From NCBI GenBank assembly GCA_964431315.1, contig CAYSJH010000015.1, forward strand, positions 8,352 through 72,351: a DNA stretch of 64,000 bases, given 5' to 3'. The notes beneath the pieces are model-generated. The model was given only the letters and a program-made list of their open reading frames with translations. It was not told the origin of the DNA and did not search any database. Shown in pieces: positions 52,787 to 62,526 of the stretch (position 1 is its first letter; every line of letters begins with the position of its first letter). A program made the position numbers and the translations under genes. The DNA is from an uncultured Bacteroides sp. GTDB lineage: Bacteria; Bacteroidota; Bacteroidia; Bacteroidales; SM23-62.

Positions 52787-55033
52787 ATGAAAAGACTGAG
52801 ATTCTTCTCTTTATTAATCTTGTTCATAACCACTGCAGGCATTAACCTGAATTCCCAATCCCCCCTCCCACCGGATGAAAAATACGTAACCATAGGCGAA
52901 AACGGCCACCTTTACCTGAACGGGGAGCGGGTCCGGTTCTGGGGGGGTATCGGGAGTGTCCCGGGCGAAACCTATGCAGACAATGAAGCTATGGTGCAAA
53001 GGTTCAAGGACCTTGGATTCAACATGCACCGATACGGAAGGGCTCCCGAGCCCTATAACAAAGGCGACGGATCCTACACGGACAGGTACGATCATTTCCT
53101 GTATTGCTGTGCAAAGGCCGGCATCAAGGTCTGGTATACGGGAATTAACCGCATGGGGCCGCCTCCGCCCGAAGAGGTGAATATCATCGATGACCCGGAA
53201 ACCGCGGAAGCCTGGAAAAGGGACGTAGTCAGGCTCGGCAGGGCGGCGAGAAATCTCGCCTGGGCATGGGATGACCGGATCCGTGCTTACCGGATCCGTG
53301 AAAAGATAAAGGTGCTCAACCACGTGAACCAGTGGACCGGCTACCGATATGCCGATGATCCCGTGTTTGCCGTTTTCGAACTGAGCAACGAGGAATGGTG
53401 GTTCCATAGGATGAAGAGGGGACAGTTCCTGGGACTCCCGGAATTTTTCCGCGAAGAGCTTTACCGAAAATGGAATGCTTTTCTTACCGCTAAATACAAG
53501 ACCAACGAGGCATTGAAGGCAGCCTGGGTGGGCAACCTCCTGCCCGGAGAGGACCTTGCAAAACAGAACATCGTCATGCTCCCGCTGCTGGAGGACTTCC
53601 GCGATGACCAGGCCGCCACGCTGGGTGTTCAGACCGAGGCCGGCAGCATGGAACAGGCCTTTTCAAAGGACAATTTTAACGGGAAGAGGGGAGCCGATGT
53701 GATTGACTTCCTGCTCACCATCTGGATCGATTACAAGCAGAAGGAGGCCGACGCCGTGAAAAGCACAGGAAAGGCCGCGGGACTTGTTCCCCTGGTCTGG
53801 GATACAGGGATTGGTTTTGACCTGCCCACCCAGTACATGCAGCAGCATTCCGATGCCATTGCGCACGACAGTTACTGGAACGGGACTTTTCAGACGGACC
53901 CGCACCATAAGCGCTACCCATGGGTAAGCCAGCTCGAGGAACTGCCTAAGGTCGGCTGGGACGATCCCTGGCTGGAACATAACAAGATGGAGGGAAAACC
54001 ATTCTTTACCTATGAAACCCAGATCATGAATCCGGCCAAATACCGGGCCGAATACCCCATGGAAATCGTAAAGCTGGCTTCCATTCAGAACTGGGACATA
54101 ATCTGCTGGCATTACTGGGGACATCCGCTACCGGCAGAGGAGGAAAACCCTTACAGCAGAGCCCTGGATTACCCGGTTCGAAGCCATTATACCCAGGGTT
54201 ACCACTACCAGTTTGATGAGGTCCAACAATCGGCCATGACCCTTGCAGGAGAAATCTTCAGGAATTTCCTCCTGAAGCCGGCTCCATCCCCCACTCATGT
54301 TACCATCGGAAGGCGGTCGCTGTACAGCTGGGAAATGAACGAATACGGGAAACTCGGTAGAATTTTCACGCCCACCGTGTACCGTTACGGCATGAGACTG
54401 CTGATCGATCCCTCACAGGAGAAGGACCGGGTGGAGGGACCCATAATTAAAAACCGGGGGGTCTACGAAGCCTGTCCCATAGAACCTACCGGGGAAATAA
54501 GCCATGATTGGCAAAAGGGACACCTGATCTTTGATTCACCGGGTACGGTCATGTACACAGGGTTCCTTGCCCAGTACGGAGGGGACCCTGAATTTTCAAA
54601 TGGCATCCGGCTTTCAGATGTAATCATTCATAATCCTGAAGGCATCGCATACCCAGTGAAAGATGATGAAAAATACATTGAGTTCTGCATTGCCTCGGCT
54701 GACGGAAAAGACCTTGCACACACGGAAAAAGCTTATCTGTCCCTGGTCAGCACAAGTTTCAACAGCGGGTTCAGCATCGATGAACAGTCCCATGCGAGCC
54801 GGCCCTATACCCCAACCAGGGAATGGAACTGGGACTTGGACAATCTCAGCCTCGGTACCGCCCCGGTGCTTGTTGCCAGGGTTGGTGCGACCGTTCATGG
54901 GGAAGTCCTAGACGGGATGAAGTACCGCATGGTGGACTGGAATTTCAGGGAAATCAGGAAGGGTATCATCCGGAACGGGATCCTGGAGATCCCTGCAGAT
55001 CTGCCCGTATTCCTGGTGGAATTAACAAGATAA
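52787..55033 (+). CDS. putative clan GH-A (beta/alpha)8 glycoside hydrolase, family unassigned
   Basis: It has a signal peptide. The block YLNGERVRFWGGIGS...QRFKDLGFNMHRYG is cellulase-like. A candidate acid/base NE is present in AVFELSNEEWW. The C-terminal extension is long. Confidence 0.45.
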   Translation: MKRLRFFSLLILFITTAGINLNSQSPLPPDEKYVTIGENGHLYLNGERVRFWGGIGSVPGETYADNEAMVQRFKDLGFNMHRYGRAPEPYNKGDGSYTDRYDHFLYCCAKAGIKVWYTGINRMGPPPPEEVNIIDDPETAEAWKRDVVRLGRAARNLAWAWDDRIRAYRIREKIKVLNHVNQWTGYRYADDPVFAVFELSNEEWWFHRMKRGQFLGLPEFFREELYRKWNAFLTAKYKTNEALKAAWVGNLLPGEDLAKQNIVMLPLLEDFRDDQAATLGVQTEAGSMEQAFSKDNFNGKRGADVIDFLLTIWIDYKQKEADAVKSTGKAAGLVPLVWDTGIGFDLPTQYMQQHSDAIAHDSYWNGTFQTDPHHKRYPWVSQLEELPKVGWDDPWLEHNKMEGKPFFTYETQIMNPAKYRAEYPMEIVKLASIQNWDIICWHYWGHPLPAEEENPYSRALDYPVRSHYTQGYHYQFDEVQQSAMTLAGEIFRNFLLKPAPSPTHVTIGRRSLYSWEMNEYGKLGRIFTPTVYRYGMRLLIDPSQEKDRVEGPIIKNRGVYEACPIEPTGEISHDWQKGHLIFDSPGTVMYTGFLAQYGGDPEFSNGIRLSDVIIHNPEGIAYPVKDDEKYIEFCIASADGKDLAHTEKAYLSLVSTSFNSGFSIDEQSHASRPYTPTREWNWDLDNLSLGTAPVLVARVGATVHGEVLDGMKYRMVDWNFREIRKGIIRNGILEIPADLPVFLVELTR

Positions 55034-55067
55034 ATTCAGGATTGACTCATCAAAACTTAAAAAAAAA

Positions 55068-57035
55068 ATGAAAATCAAAACATTAGGGATTGTCCTCATC
55101 GGTTTCTCCACACTCCAGCTTAATGAAAGCCTGGGCCGTACCTGGGTGGTTGACCAGAAGAATGCACTTTCCTCGGATGAGCAGGACAAAGGAAGCTTCG
55201 ACAGGCCTTTCAAAACCATTTCCCGTGCGGCCGGACTGGCCGGACCCGGGGATTCGGTCTTCGTATTCTCGGGGATCTACCGTGAAAGGGTCGCCCCGGA
55301 GCGAGGCGGGCTGCCAGGCATGCCCGTCGTCTATATGGCATACCCGGGTGAGAATGTGATCATTAAAGGGTCCGAAATCTGGCCAAATAGCTGGAAACCG
55401 GAAGGTGACCATGAGAATGTCTACCAGAGTCCGCTTCCCCTGGAATCATTCGGCAATTACAATCCCTTCTGGGTACCCCTTGCCCGCATCCCGGGACGGC
55501 AGACCCTCGGACAGATCTTTATCGAAGGTGAGCGCATGGTACAGGTGGACAGCCTGGAAGACCTGGAACATCTGCCGGGGTCCTGGATGCTTTCGTATGA
55601 CACCCTTTCGGTTCTGATCCATTACCCGGAAAAATTCACCCCCATCCCCGTTGCAAAGGCACTTATTGAATATTCGGTTCGGGATAAGATCTTTGCCCCG
55701 CATAAACGGGGAATGGGATACATAACGGTTGAGGGTTTCACGCTTGAACATTGTGCGAACCAGTTCCCCAGCGGGTTTTACAACCGCGGGCCCAACGGGC
55801 ATCCCCAGGCCGGTGCGCTCAGCTGCCGTTCGGGACACCACTGGGTGATCCGGAAAAACACCATCCGCCTGGCCAAGAACCTGGCCATCGACTGCGGCTA
55901 CGAGGGCAGCAAGGACCTGGAAGGGAACCAGCCCCGGCCACCCCGGGACAGCATCGGGTTCCACCTTATTGAATACAATACCCTTGTGGATAACGGCTGC
56001 GGCGGGATCGCCGGAGCGGGTGCCCAGAAGACCATCATCCGGTACAACCGGATCGAGCGGAACAACTACCTCGGGCATACAGCACCCGAAACCGGGGCCA
56101 TCAAGGTGCACTGGTTTAACGACGGACTGGTGGAGGGAAACCTGATCCGGGACAATTACTGCCTTGGGATATGGTTTGACAACGGATGCCTCAATTCCAG
56201 AATATGCCGGAACGTGGTGCTGAACAATGCTACGCAGGGGATTTTCGTAGAACTCGCAGACGGACCCTGCCTGGTCGACCACAACGTGGTTGCCTATAAT
56301 CAGGACGGCATTTACATGCATGATGCATCGGGGGCATCGGTATTCCATAACCTGATCTTCGTCAATACCCATTTTGGATTCTATGCAAGGATTGTAACGG
56401 AGCGTGGGACACGAAGAGGAGGTGAACGGAAACTCGTCGGCACGAGAGACCTTACCATCAAGAATAACATCTTCGTGGACAATTACAGGGGACATATCTG
56501 CCTGCCGCTCGATGACGGGGACCGGGTGAGAAACAATGTCTCGGATTACAACCTGTTCATCAACGGGACCCGCTGGCAGTGGGAAGGGCTCGGATTCAAT
56601 TCCTTCACCATTGGCTCGAACGACAAGAGGGTCCCTGCAGATAAAATGGCCGCCGCCCTCGACAGTGCCCTGAGGGTGAGTGATTACCCGGATTCACTGA
56701 TCCCGAACCTGGAACTTTGGAAAGACCAGCCCCTGGTCACCTTTGAGATGTGGAAGGCGCTCACAGGCAATGACCTTCACAGTTTTACCCCGGAGATCCA
56801 TACCGGGAACATCGAGGCAGGGGCCATAGCCAAGGGAGCGATGAACCTGTCGACGGGGAACCTTTACTTCCAGTACCGGGAAGGCACACCTTTCCTGCCC
56901 TGGAAATGTCCCCCCATAGAGGGCTTGGATAAGGATTTTCTAGGATTGCCAATGGATAAAGAGCAGGTTTATCCAGGCCCGTTCCAGGAATACCAGCCGG
57001 AAGGCGGGAAAATATTCCTGGGAACCGGATTGTAA
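55068..57035 (+). CDS. right-handed parallel beta-helix repeat protein (candidate polysaccharide lyase/hydrolase)
   Basis: It has a signal peptide. The N-terminal cap motif RPFKTISRAAGLAGPGDSVFVFSGIYRERV is typical of Beta_helix/DUF1565-type proteins. Repeated N-x-[IV]-x-x-N rungs are present (IRYNRIERNN, VEGNLIRDNY, ICRNVVLNNA, VDHNVVAYNQ, VFHNLIFVNT). Confidence 0.75.
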   Translation: MKIKTLGIVLIGFSTLQLNESLGRTWVVDQKNALSSDEQDKGSFDRPFKTISRAAGLAGPGDSVFVFSGIYRERVAPERGGLPGMPVVYMAYPGENVIIKGSEIWPNSWKPEGDHENVYQSPLPLESFGNYNPFWVPLARIPGRQTLGQIFIEGERMVQVDSLEDLEHLPGSWMLSYDTLSVLIHYPEKFTPIPVAKALIEYSVRDKIFAPHKRGMGYITVEGFTLEHCANQFPSGFYNRGPNGHPQAGALSCRSGHHWVIRKNTIRLAKNLAIDCGYEGSKDLEGNQPRPPRDSIGFHLIEYNTLVDNGCGGIAGAGAQKTIIRYNRIERNNYLGHTAPETGAIKVHWFNDGLVEGNLIRDNYCLGIWFDNGCLNSRICRNVVLNNATQGIFVELADGPCLVDHNVVAYNQDGIYMHDASGASVFHNLIFVNTHFGFYARIVTERGTRRGGERKLVGTRDLTIKNNIFVDNYRGHICLPLDDGDRVRNNVSDYNLFINGTRWQWEGLGFNSFTIGSNDKRVPADKMAAALDSALRVSDYPDSLIPNLELWKDQPLVTFEMWKALTGNDLHSFTPEIHTGNIEAGAIAKGAMNLSTGNLYFQYREGTPFLPWKCPPIEGLDKDFLGLPMDKEQVYPGPFQEYQPEGGKIFLGTGL

Positions 57036-58574
57036 ATGAGATGGATGGATAAACGATCAAAATATCCCGTTTGGATCAGCCTGATCGTTTCCCTGGGTGG
57101 TTTTCTGCTGGGTTTCCAGAGCGCCGTGATCGCCGGGGCAGTTCCCCTCTACCGGATAAGCCTGGGACTTGCGACCGGTTCGTTTCTGCTGGGTCTCTCT
57201 GTTTCAGCTCACACCCTGGGTGCTTTCGCAGGCAATCTGGTTGCAGGGCCCCTCAGCGACCGCTTCGGCCGGAAAAATATACTGTTCGCAGCTGCAATCC
57301 TTTATGGACTTTGCGCCCTGGGGTCTGCATTGGCTGGCATCGCAGGGATCTTCATATTTGCCAGAATCACAGGAGGGATTGCCATCGGATTCGCCATACT
57401 GATCGCCCCGGTCTACATAGCAGAGATCGCACCATCCTCCAGGCGGGGGTACCTGGTCTCCTTTAACCAGCTGAATATCGTCATCGGGATATCCCTCTCC
57501 TATTTTACCAACCTGCTGATCTATCATATGGTAGAGGATCCGGACATTGCCTGGCGCTGGATGCTGGGTGTCGGATTGATTCCCGCAGTTCTCTGGTTCA
57601 TTCTGCTTTTCCTTATTCCGGAGAGTCCCAGATTGCTCTTCATGAAAGGAAAGGAAACGCAGGCAGGCAGTGTGCTTAACAGGATCGGTGGTCCCGCGCA
57701 TGCCAGGAATGAAATCCACAGCATCAGGGAAAGCATGAAAAAATTCAAGGATAAGGTAAGCCTGGCCGAGGTATTTTCCAGCAGGATGAAATTCATACTC
57801 CTGATCGGATTCGGCCTGGCCTTTTTCCAGCAGATAAGCGGGATTAACAGCATCCTATATTACGCACCGATGATCTTTGAACTGGCCGGGGGAGGCAAAT
57901 CGGCATCTCTCCTTCAGGCTGCGATGATCGGTCTGACAAATTTCACCCTGACCATCGCTGCCATGGCACTGATCGACCGGCTGGGAAGAAGACCCCTGCT
58001 CATCATCGGGTCCTCGGGAATAACCATCGCACTCATGCTGGCAGGAATGGCATTTGCAAATGCGACTTACAGCCTGGATGACACGAAAATCAGCAAGCTG
58101 GGACTAGAGGGACTTGTCGCCATTGAAGGCAGGACATATACGAGTGAGCTTGCCTTTTTCGAGGACATCCGGACGGCTGCCGGAGATGAGGTCTATGAAC
58201 TTCAGCGCAATGCGATACTGAAAGAGGCGATCGATATGCATGCGGGAATCATCCTGTTTGCCCTGATCCTTTTCGTTGCTAGTTTTGCGATATCTTTGGG
58301 ACCGGTATTATGGGTGATGCTCTCGGAGATCTTCCCGAACCGGCTCAGGGGATTGGCGATCACGGTTGTCGGGAGTTTCGGGGGACTCATAAGCTTTATC
58401 GTAGTGACGGTATTCCCGGTGGAGCTGGAACACTTCGGATCGTCTGTTACCTTTTTCCTCTTTGCCGGTTTCGGACTGATCAGCCTTCTGTTTATCCTGG
58501 CTTTTGTACCGGAAACCAAGGGAAAGTCACTTGAGGAACTCGAAAATATCCTCGTTAAAACAATTACACGATGA
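57036..58574 (+). CDS. MFS sugar porter family transporter
   Basis: It has 12 TM helices. Sugar-porter motifs are present: GPLSDRFGRKN, PESPR, IDRLGRRPLL and PETKGKSLEELE. The ATG directly follows the stop of the upstream gene. Confidence 0.9.
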   Translation: MRWMDKRSKYPVWISLIVSLGGFLLGFQSAVIAGAVPLYRISLGLATGSFLLGLSVSAHTLGAFAGNLVAGPLSDRFGRKNILFAAAILYGLCALGSALAGIAGIFIFARITGGIAIGFAILIAPVYIAEIAPSSRRGYLVSFNQLNIVIGISLSYFTNLLIYHMVEDPDIAWRWMLGVGLIPAVLWFILLFLIPESPRLLFMKGKETQAGSVLNRIGGPAHARNEIHSIRESMKKFKDKVSLAEVFSSRMKFILLIGFGLAFFQQISGINSILYYAPMIFELAGGGKSASLLQAAMIGLTNFTLTIAAMALIDRLGRRPLLIIGSSGITIALMLAGMAFANATYSLDDTKISKLGLEGLVAIEGRTYTSELAFFEDIRTAAGDEVYELQRNAILKEAIDMHAGIILFALILFVASFAISLGPVLWVMLSEIFPNRLRGLAITVVGSFGGLISFIVVTVFPVELEHFGSSVTFFLFAGFGLISLLFILAFVPETKGKSLEELENILVKTITR

Positions 58575-59677
58575 TCATTGATCCCGAAAAACTGGAGAAG
58601 ACAAAGGAGGCATTCGAATCTTTCTGGAAGCTGGAGAACAGGACCGCACTGGTATCCGTTAAAGCCTGGGCCGACCGGCAGGGATTCCATGATTACCTTT
58701 TGAGGATCAAACCGGATAAAAGGTACAGCGACCCCTTCCATCGGAAGGTGGATCCTGTCATCAATATCGATTACCAGATAAATACTTTCAAAAACAGGTA
58801 TTTCGCGGGTGAAACGCTTCCCATTTTATCTTCCTATATTGGTCCCGGGATCAGTTCGGCATTTCTCGGGGCAGTTGTCGACCTTGGAGATCCGGATTCC
58901 ACTACCTGGTTCCATGAAAACCTATCGGACTGGGAAAACTACAAAGTTCATTTCGATCCACGCAATATCTGGTACGGCATACAAATGAACCTTACCCGGG
59001 AAGTCTTTCGAACAGCCTCGGAGATGGGATGCCTGGCCGAACTTCCGGTTGATATCTATAATGGGATTGACAACCTGATGTTACTCAGGGGGTCTGAAAA
59101 ACTGGCGACGGACCTGGTCCTGATTCCAGATACCATGAAGGAAGCCACTGTGAAGATAAGGAACTACTGGGATACCTGGATTGAAGATTTTTTTCAGATA
59201 GCAGAAGATTCCGGCCTGGGCAATGGTACCGGCTGGCTGAATCTCTGGGGACCCGGGCGGACCTTCACCCTTCAGAGTGATTACATGTCGCTTATCTCCA
59301 CTGAAATGTACGAGGAATTTGTCCTGTCCGATGTCAGGCATATGTGCTCCAGGCTTGATCATAGCATGTTCCATTTTGATGGTCCCGACGAGGTGGTGCG
59401 CCATCTGCCCTTTCTACTGGGTATTCAAAACCTCGGGGGAATACAGTGGAACCCGAAAACTAACTGCGAGAACGTGCGGCACCTGCCGGTACTGAAAAAG
59501 ATCCAGGAATCAGGCAAATGCCTTGTTCTGAACATCTCTTCCCATGAGATCGAACCTCTGCTGCAGGAATTATCCCCTGCAGGATTGCTGCTGAATGTTG
59601 ATCCGTTTGATGAGCCCTGCGATACACTTGAGCAGGCCGACGCAATTGTCGACAGAATAAAACACTATTCCCGCTGA
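58571..59677 (+). CDS. cytoplasmic protein, possibly UroD/MtaA-like TIM barrel (low-confidence family call)
   Basis: There is no signal peptide. The start overlaps the MFS stop (ATGA). The segment QSDYMSLISTEMYEEFVLSDVRHMCSRLDHSMFHFDGPDEVVRHLPFLLGIQNLGGIQWNP resembles the UroD-family pattern D...iSp..f.ef..P......l....ilH.cG......l..l...g.d. Confidence 0.35.
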   Translation: MIIDPEKLEKTKEAFESFWKLENRTALVSVKAWADRQGFHDYLLRIKPDKRYSDPFHRKVDPVINIDYQINTFKNRYFAGETLPILSSYIGPGISSAFLGAVVDLGDPDSTTWFHENLSDWENYKVHFDPRNIWYGIQMNLTREVFRTASEMGCLAELPVDIYNGIDNLMLLRGSEKLATDLVLIPDTMKEATVKIRNYWDTWIEDFFQIAEDSGLGNGTGWLNLWGPGRTFTLQSDYMSLISTEMYEEFVLSDVRHMCSRLDHSMFHFDGPDEVVRHLPFLLGIQNLGGIQWNPKTNCENVRHLPVLKKIQESGKCLVLNISSHEIEPLLQELSPAGLLLNVDPFDEPCDTLEQADAIVDRIKHYSR

Positions 59678-59741
59678 TCATTTAACAGGGCTTTTTTATA
59701 ATTTCAAAGGATCCGTACATATCCTCTAAATCTTCAAATCA

Positions 59742-61610
59742 ATGATTAAAAAAGAAAAAGCATATCCATACCGGTTTTTAGCTGTTTACATATTGATAAT
59801 AAGCCTGTTGACTTGTCTCATTTTTTCCTGTACTTCAAGGACAGGAAAGGATCTGCCCCCACCTAACATCCTCTGGATCACCGCTGAGGACATCAGTCCC
59901 TATCTGGGATGTTACGGTGATCCGAACGCCATCACACCGAACCTTGACAGACTGGCATCTGAAGGGGTGATCTATACCAATGCCTTTGCAAATGCACCGG
60001 TATGTGCACCTGCCAGGTCAACTATAATAACCGGGATGTATCCCCCGGGACTGGCGACCCAGCATATGCGAAGTACCAATGAGATCCCGGACTTCATCAG
60101 GTTATACCCTGGTTACCTCAGGGACGCTGGTTATTATTGCAGCAATAACAATAAAAAGGATTACAACCTGGTCGAAAAGGCCGATGAATGGAACGAATCC
60201 TCGAGGGAGGCGCACTGGAGGAACCGGAGGGCCGGGCAACCTTTTTTTGCCATCTTTAATATCGGGGTCTGCCATGAGAGCTGCATCCACCAGGCGGATC
60301 CAAACCTGGTCCACGATCCTGCAAAAATGATTCTGCCGCCCTATCACCCGGATCTTCCGGAAATCAGGCATGACTGGGCCCAGTTCTATGACCGGATCAC
60401 GAAGATGGACACCCTTGCGGGAAAACTTCTTGAGGAACTTGAAAAAGCAGGCCTGGCGGACAGCACCATCGTCATATTTTACGGCGACCATGGTGGCATT
60501 CTCGGGCGCAGCAAGCGCTTCATGTATGAGACAGGGCTGAGAGTACCCCTGATCGTTCGCGTACCGGACACCTACAAGCAACTTATGCCTGGACCGAAAG
60601 GATCCTCTGTCGACCGGATGGTAAGTTTTGTGGACCTGGCCCCCACCCTTCTGAACATGGCCGGGATCCCGATACCGGATTATATGCAGGGTCATCCCTT
60701 TCTGGGACCGGATCAGCCTGAAGAATTACCCTACGTATATACTTTCCGCGGAAGAATGGATGAACGCTACGATTTTTGCCGGGGCACGTTCAGCGAGGAC
60801 TTTCATTACATCGCAAACTATATGCCGCAACGGATCTATGCACAGCACGTTGAGTACCTCTGGCATGCTCCTTCCATGAGAGCATGGGAAAAGACCTTTC
60901 TGGCCGGTGAATGCAATACGGAACAAAGCCGTTTTTTCCGGTCGAAGCCCTTCGAGGAACTGTATGACAGGAATGCGGATCCCTGGGAAGTAATGAACCT
61001 GGCCGCCGATCCGGCCTATGGGGAAGTGCTGCAGGAACTGAGGCAGGCGACCCTCGACTGGCAATTATCCATACGAGATTCCGGGTTCATCCCTGAAGGC
61101 CTGATGCGCAGGATTGCGAAGGACAGAACAATTTACAGTTATGTGCAGTCGGAGGAATACCCGCTGGAAAAAATACAGGAACTTGCTTTCCTTGCCATCC
61201 AGGGGGATCCTGAAAATATCCCTGCCCTGAAATCTGGGTTTGAAAACACCCATCCCGTCATGAGGTACTGGGCAGCCATGGGTGCCGTAATCCTGGGTGA
61301 CAAGGCTGGAAATCTGATCCCGCAGCTGGAGACAGCCCTGGAAGATGAGGTCCCTGAGGTCCGGATCGCTGCTGCAGAAGCAATCTACGGTCTTGGGAAA
61401 ACCGGTCCAGCACTGGCAACCCTGGAAGAAATGCTCGGCCAGGAAACACCCGAAACCGTCCTGATGACCATTAACGTCATACAATCCATGGGTCGCAATG
61501 CGCTCCCCAGCCTCGAAGATGCGCTGGCCGAGGTTAAACAGGTCAATAAAAACAATTATGTACAGAGGGCGGTAACCTATGCCCTGGAAACCACTAAACC
61601 CCGAATCTAG
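59742..61610 (+). CDS. Cys-type sulfatase fused to C-terminal HEAT-like repeats
   Basis: It has the signature CAPARSTIITG, NILWITAEDISPYLGCYG and YGDHGG. The C-terminal ~150 aa contain HEAT/PBS-lyase-like repeats (PVMRYWAAMGAVILGD..., EVPEVRIAAAEAIYGLGK..., VLMTINVIQSMG). Confidence 0.85.
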   Translation: MIKKEKAYPYRFLAVYILIISLLTCLIFSCTSRTGKDLPPPNILWITAEDISPYLGCYGDPNAITPNLDRLASEGVIYTNAFANAPVCAPARSTIITGMYPPGLATQHMRSTNEIPDFIRLYPGYLRDAGYYCSNNNKKDYNLVEKADEWNESSREAHWRNRRAGQPFFAIFNIGVCHESCIHQADPNLVHDPAKMILPPYHPDLPEIRHDWAQFYDRITKMDTLAGKLLEELEKAGLADSTIVIFYGDHGGILGRSKRFMYETGLRVPLIVRVPDTYKQLMPGPKGSSVDRMVSFVDLAPTLLNMAGIPIPDYMQGHPFLGPDQPEELPYVYTFRGRMDERYDFCRGTFSEDFHYIANYMPQRIYAQHVEYLWHAPSMRAWEKTFLAGECNTEQSRFFRSKPFEELYDRNADPWEVMNLAADPAYGEVLQELRQATLDWQLSIRDSGFIPEGLMRRIAKDRTIYSYVQSEEYPLEKIQELAFLAIQGDPENIPALKSGFENTHPVMRYWAAMGAVILGDKAGNLIPQLETALEDEVPEVRIAAAEAIYGLGKTGPALATLEEMLGQETPETVLMTINVIQSMGRNALPSLEDALAEVKQVNKNNYVQRAVTYALETTKPRI

Positions 61611-61666
61611 AGTTTGCTCTGAGCTTCGATGATCACATTCATCTTACCGGTTTCGAAGCGGTGCAG

Positions 61667-62378
61667 TTATTCGGTCAGGGTGCCGATGCAGGCGCGGTCG
61701 GTTTTGCTGAAGTTATCCGACTCCACGGAGTTCTTCCCATTTACGGAAACACCGGCTCTGCTGCTGTAGTTGATGTTATTCCCGGAAACGGTCCCCCAGG
61801 TTACCTCACGCAGGACAATCCCGTGTCCCACCTGCCAGGAGAAAATATTCCCGGTGATGTTTATTTCATGGGAATTTTCCACAACGACAGCATCGGCATG
61901 GCTCTGGAAGGTGCGGCAGCCGCTGATCAATATGCTGTTGCTGGTATTGTGCAGGCGGATGGAGGTTTCGCGGGACTGGTGCACCTCGCATCCGATGATG
62001 TTGACAACGAGGCTGCGGTTCACATCTATCCCCTTTCCTCCCCCGTAAATGATGCAATGGCTGACCAGGTTCGGAATCCAGTCCCTTCAGGGTAACATTA
62101 CTTCCTAGACGGATCTTCTCTTTCAGCAGGTACTCACCGGTCTGCAGTTCAATGCTGCCGCCCCCTGCCCCGAAGGAATGAATGGCATTCCGGATCGCTT
62201 CATCGGCGCTCTCTGTTCTTCCGATGGTTTTGCCCGAAATTTCATCCTGTAGGCAATACCCTCCCTTCTCCGAAAGGTAGAGCAGGTAATTTTCCGAAGA
62301 GGGAGTTGGACTGCAGGATGAAAGGCCGGACAAACAGAGGGCCGCAATCGTAATTTGCAATGAGCCTGATTTTATCAT
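61667..62378 (-). pseudogene. small beta-helix lipoprotein gene interrupted by a +1 frameshift
   Basis: ORF 61866-62378 starts with a lipoprotein signal (...AALCLSGLSSC) and a beta-helix cap (GGGSIELQTGEYLLKEKIRLGSNVTLKG). It then degenerates into low-complexity nonsense. The sense sequence continues in the +1 frame from about 62086 (..IPNLVSHCIIYGGGKGIDVNRSLVVNIIGCEV...ISGCRTF...ITGNIFS...VSGNNINY...) to the stop at 61667. Confidence 0.5.
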
Positions 62379-62526
62379 ATTAGAATGAAAAGTAGATTCG
62401 GGATGGTTTTCATTTTCAGTTTGCTAACAAATTTGCACCATCCGGGTAATAATTCTGGTACAAATTGAAAGATTTCACCACATGTAATAAGCTTGTTTTT
62501 ACGTATTTTACACTTTTAACACAATC

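Noticed and set aside
55446-56495. A 349-aa ORF antisense to the beta-helix gene. Similar long antisense ORFs are 13386-14291 (301 aa), 29898-30824 (308 aa), 7449-8333 (294 aa), 3350-4186 (278 aa), 8367-9179 (270 aa), 6201-6944, 21322-22062, 49253-49948, 45450-46103 and 41619-42239.
   Set aside because: Each lies entirely inside a longer opposite-strand gene that has clear family motifs. Their translations are Arg/Pro/Gly-rich low-complexity text without recognisable domains. This is typical of mirror-frame ORFs opposite real genes.
61661-62095. A plus-strand 144-aa ORF overlapping the frameshifted gene.
   Set aside because: It mirrors the beta-helix coding sequence on the other strand and has no motifs.
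61667-62378. Programmed ribosomal frameshift in the beta-helix lipoprotein gene.
   Set aside because: No slippery heptamer or downstream structure is evident at the frame switch (..CTGAAGGGACTGGATTCCGAACC..). A simple indel or pseudogene is the more economical explanation.
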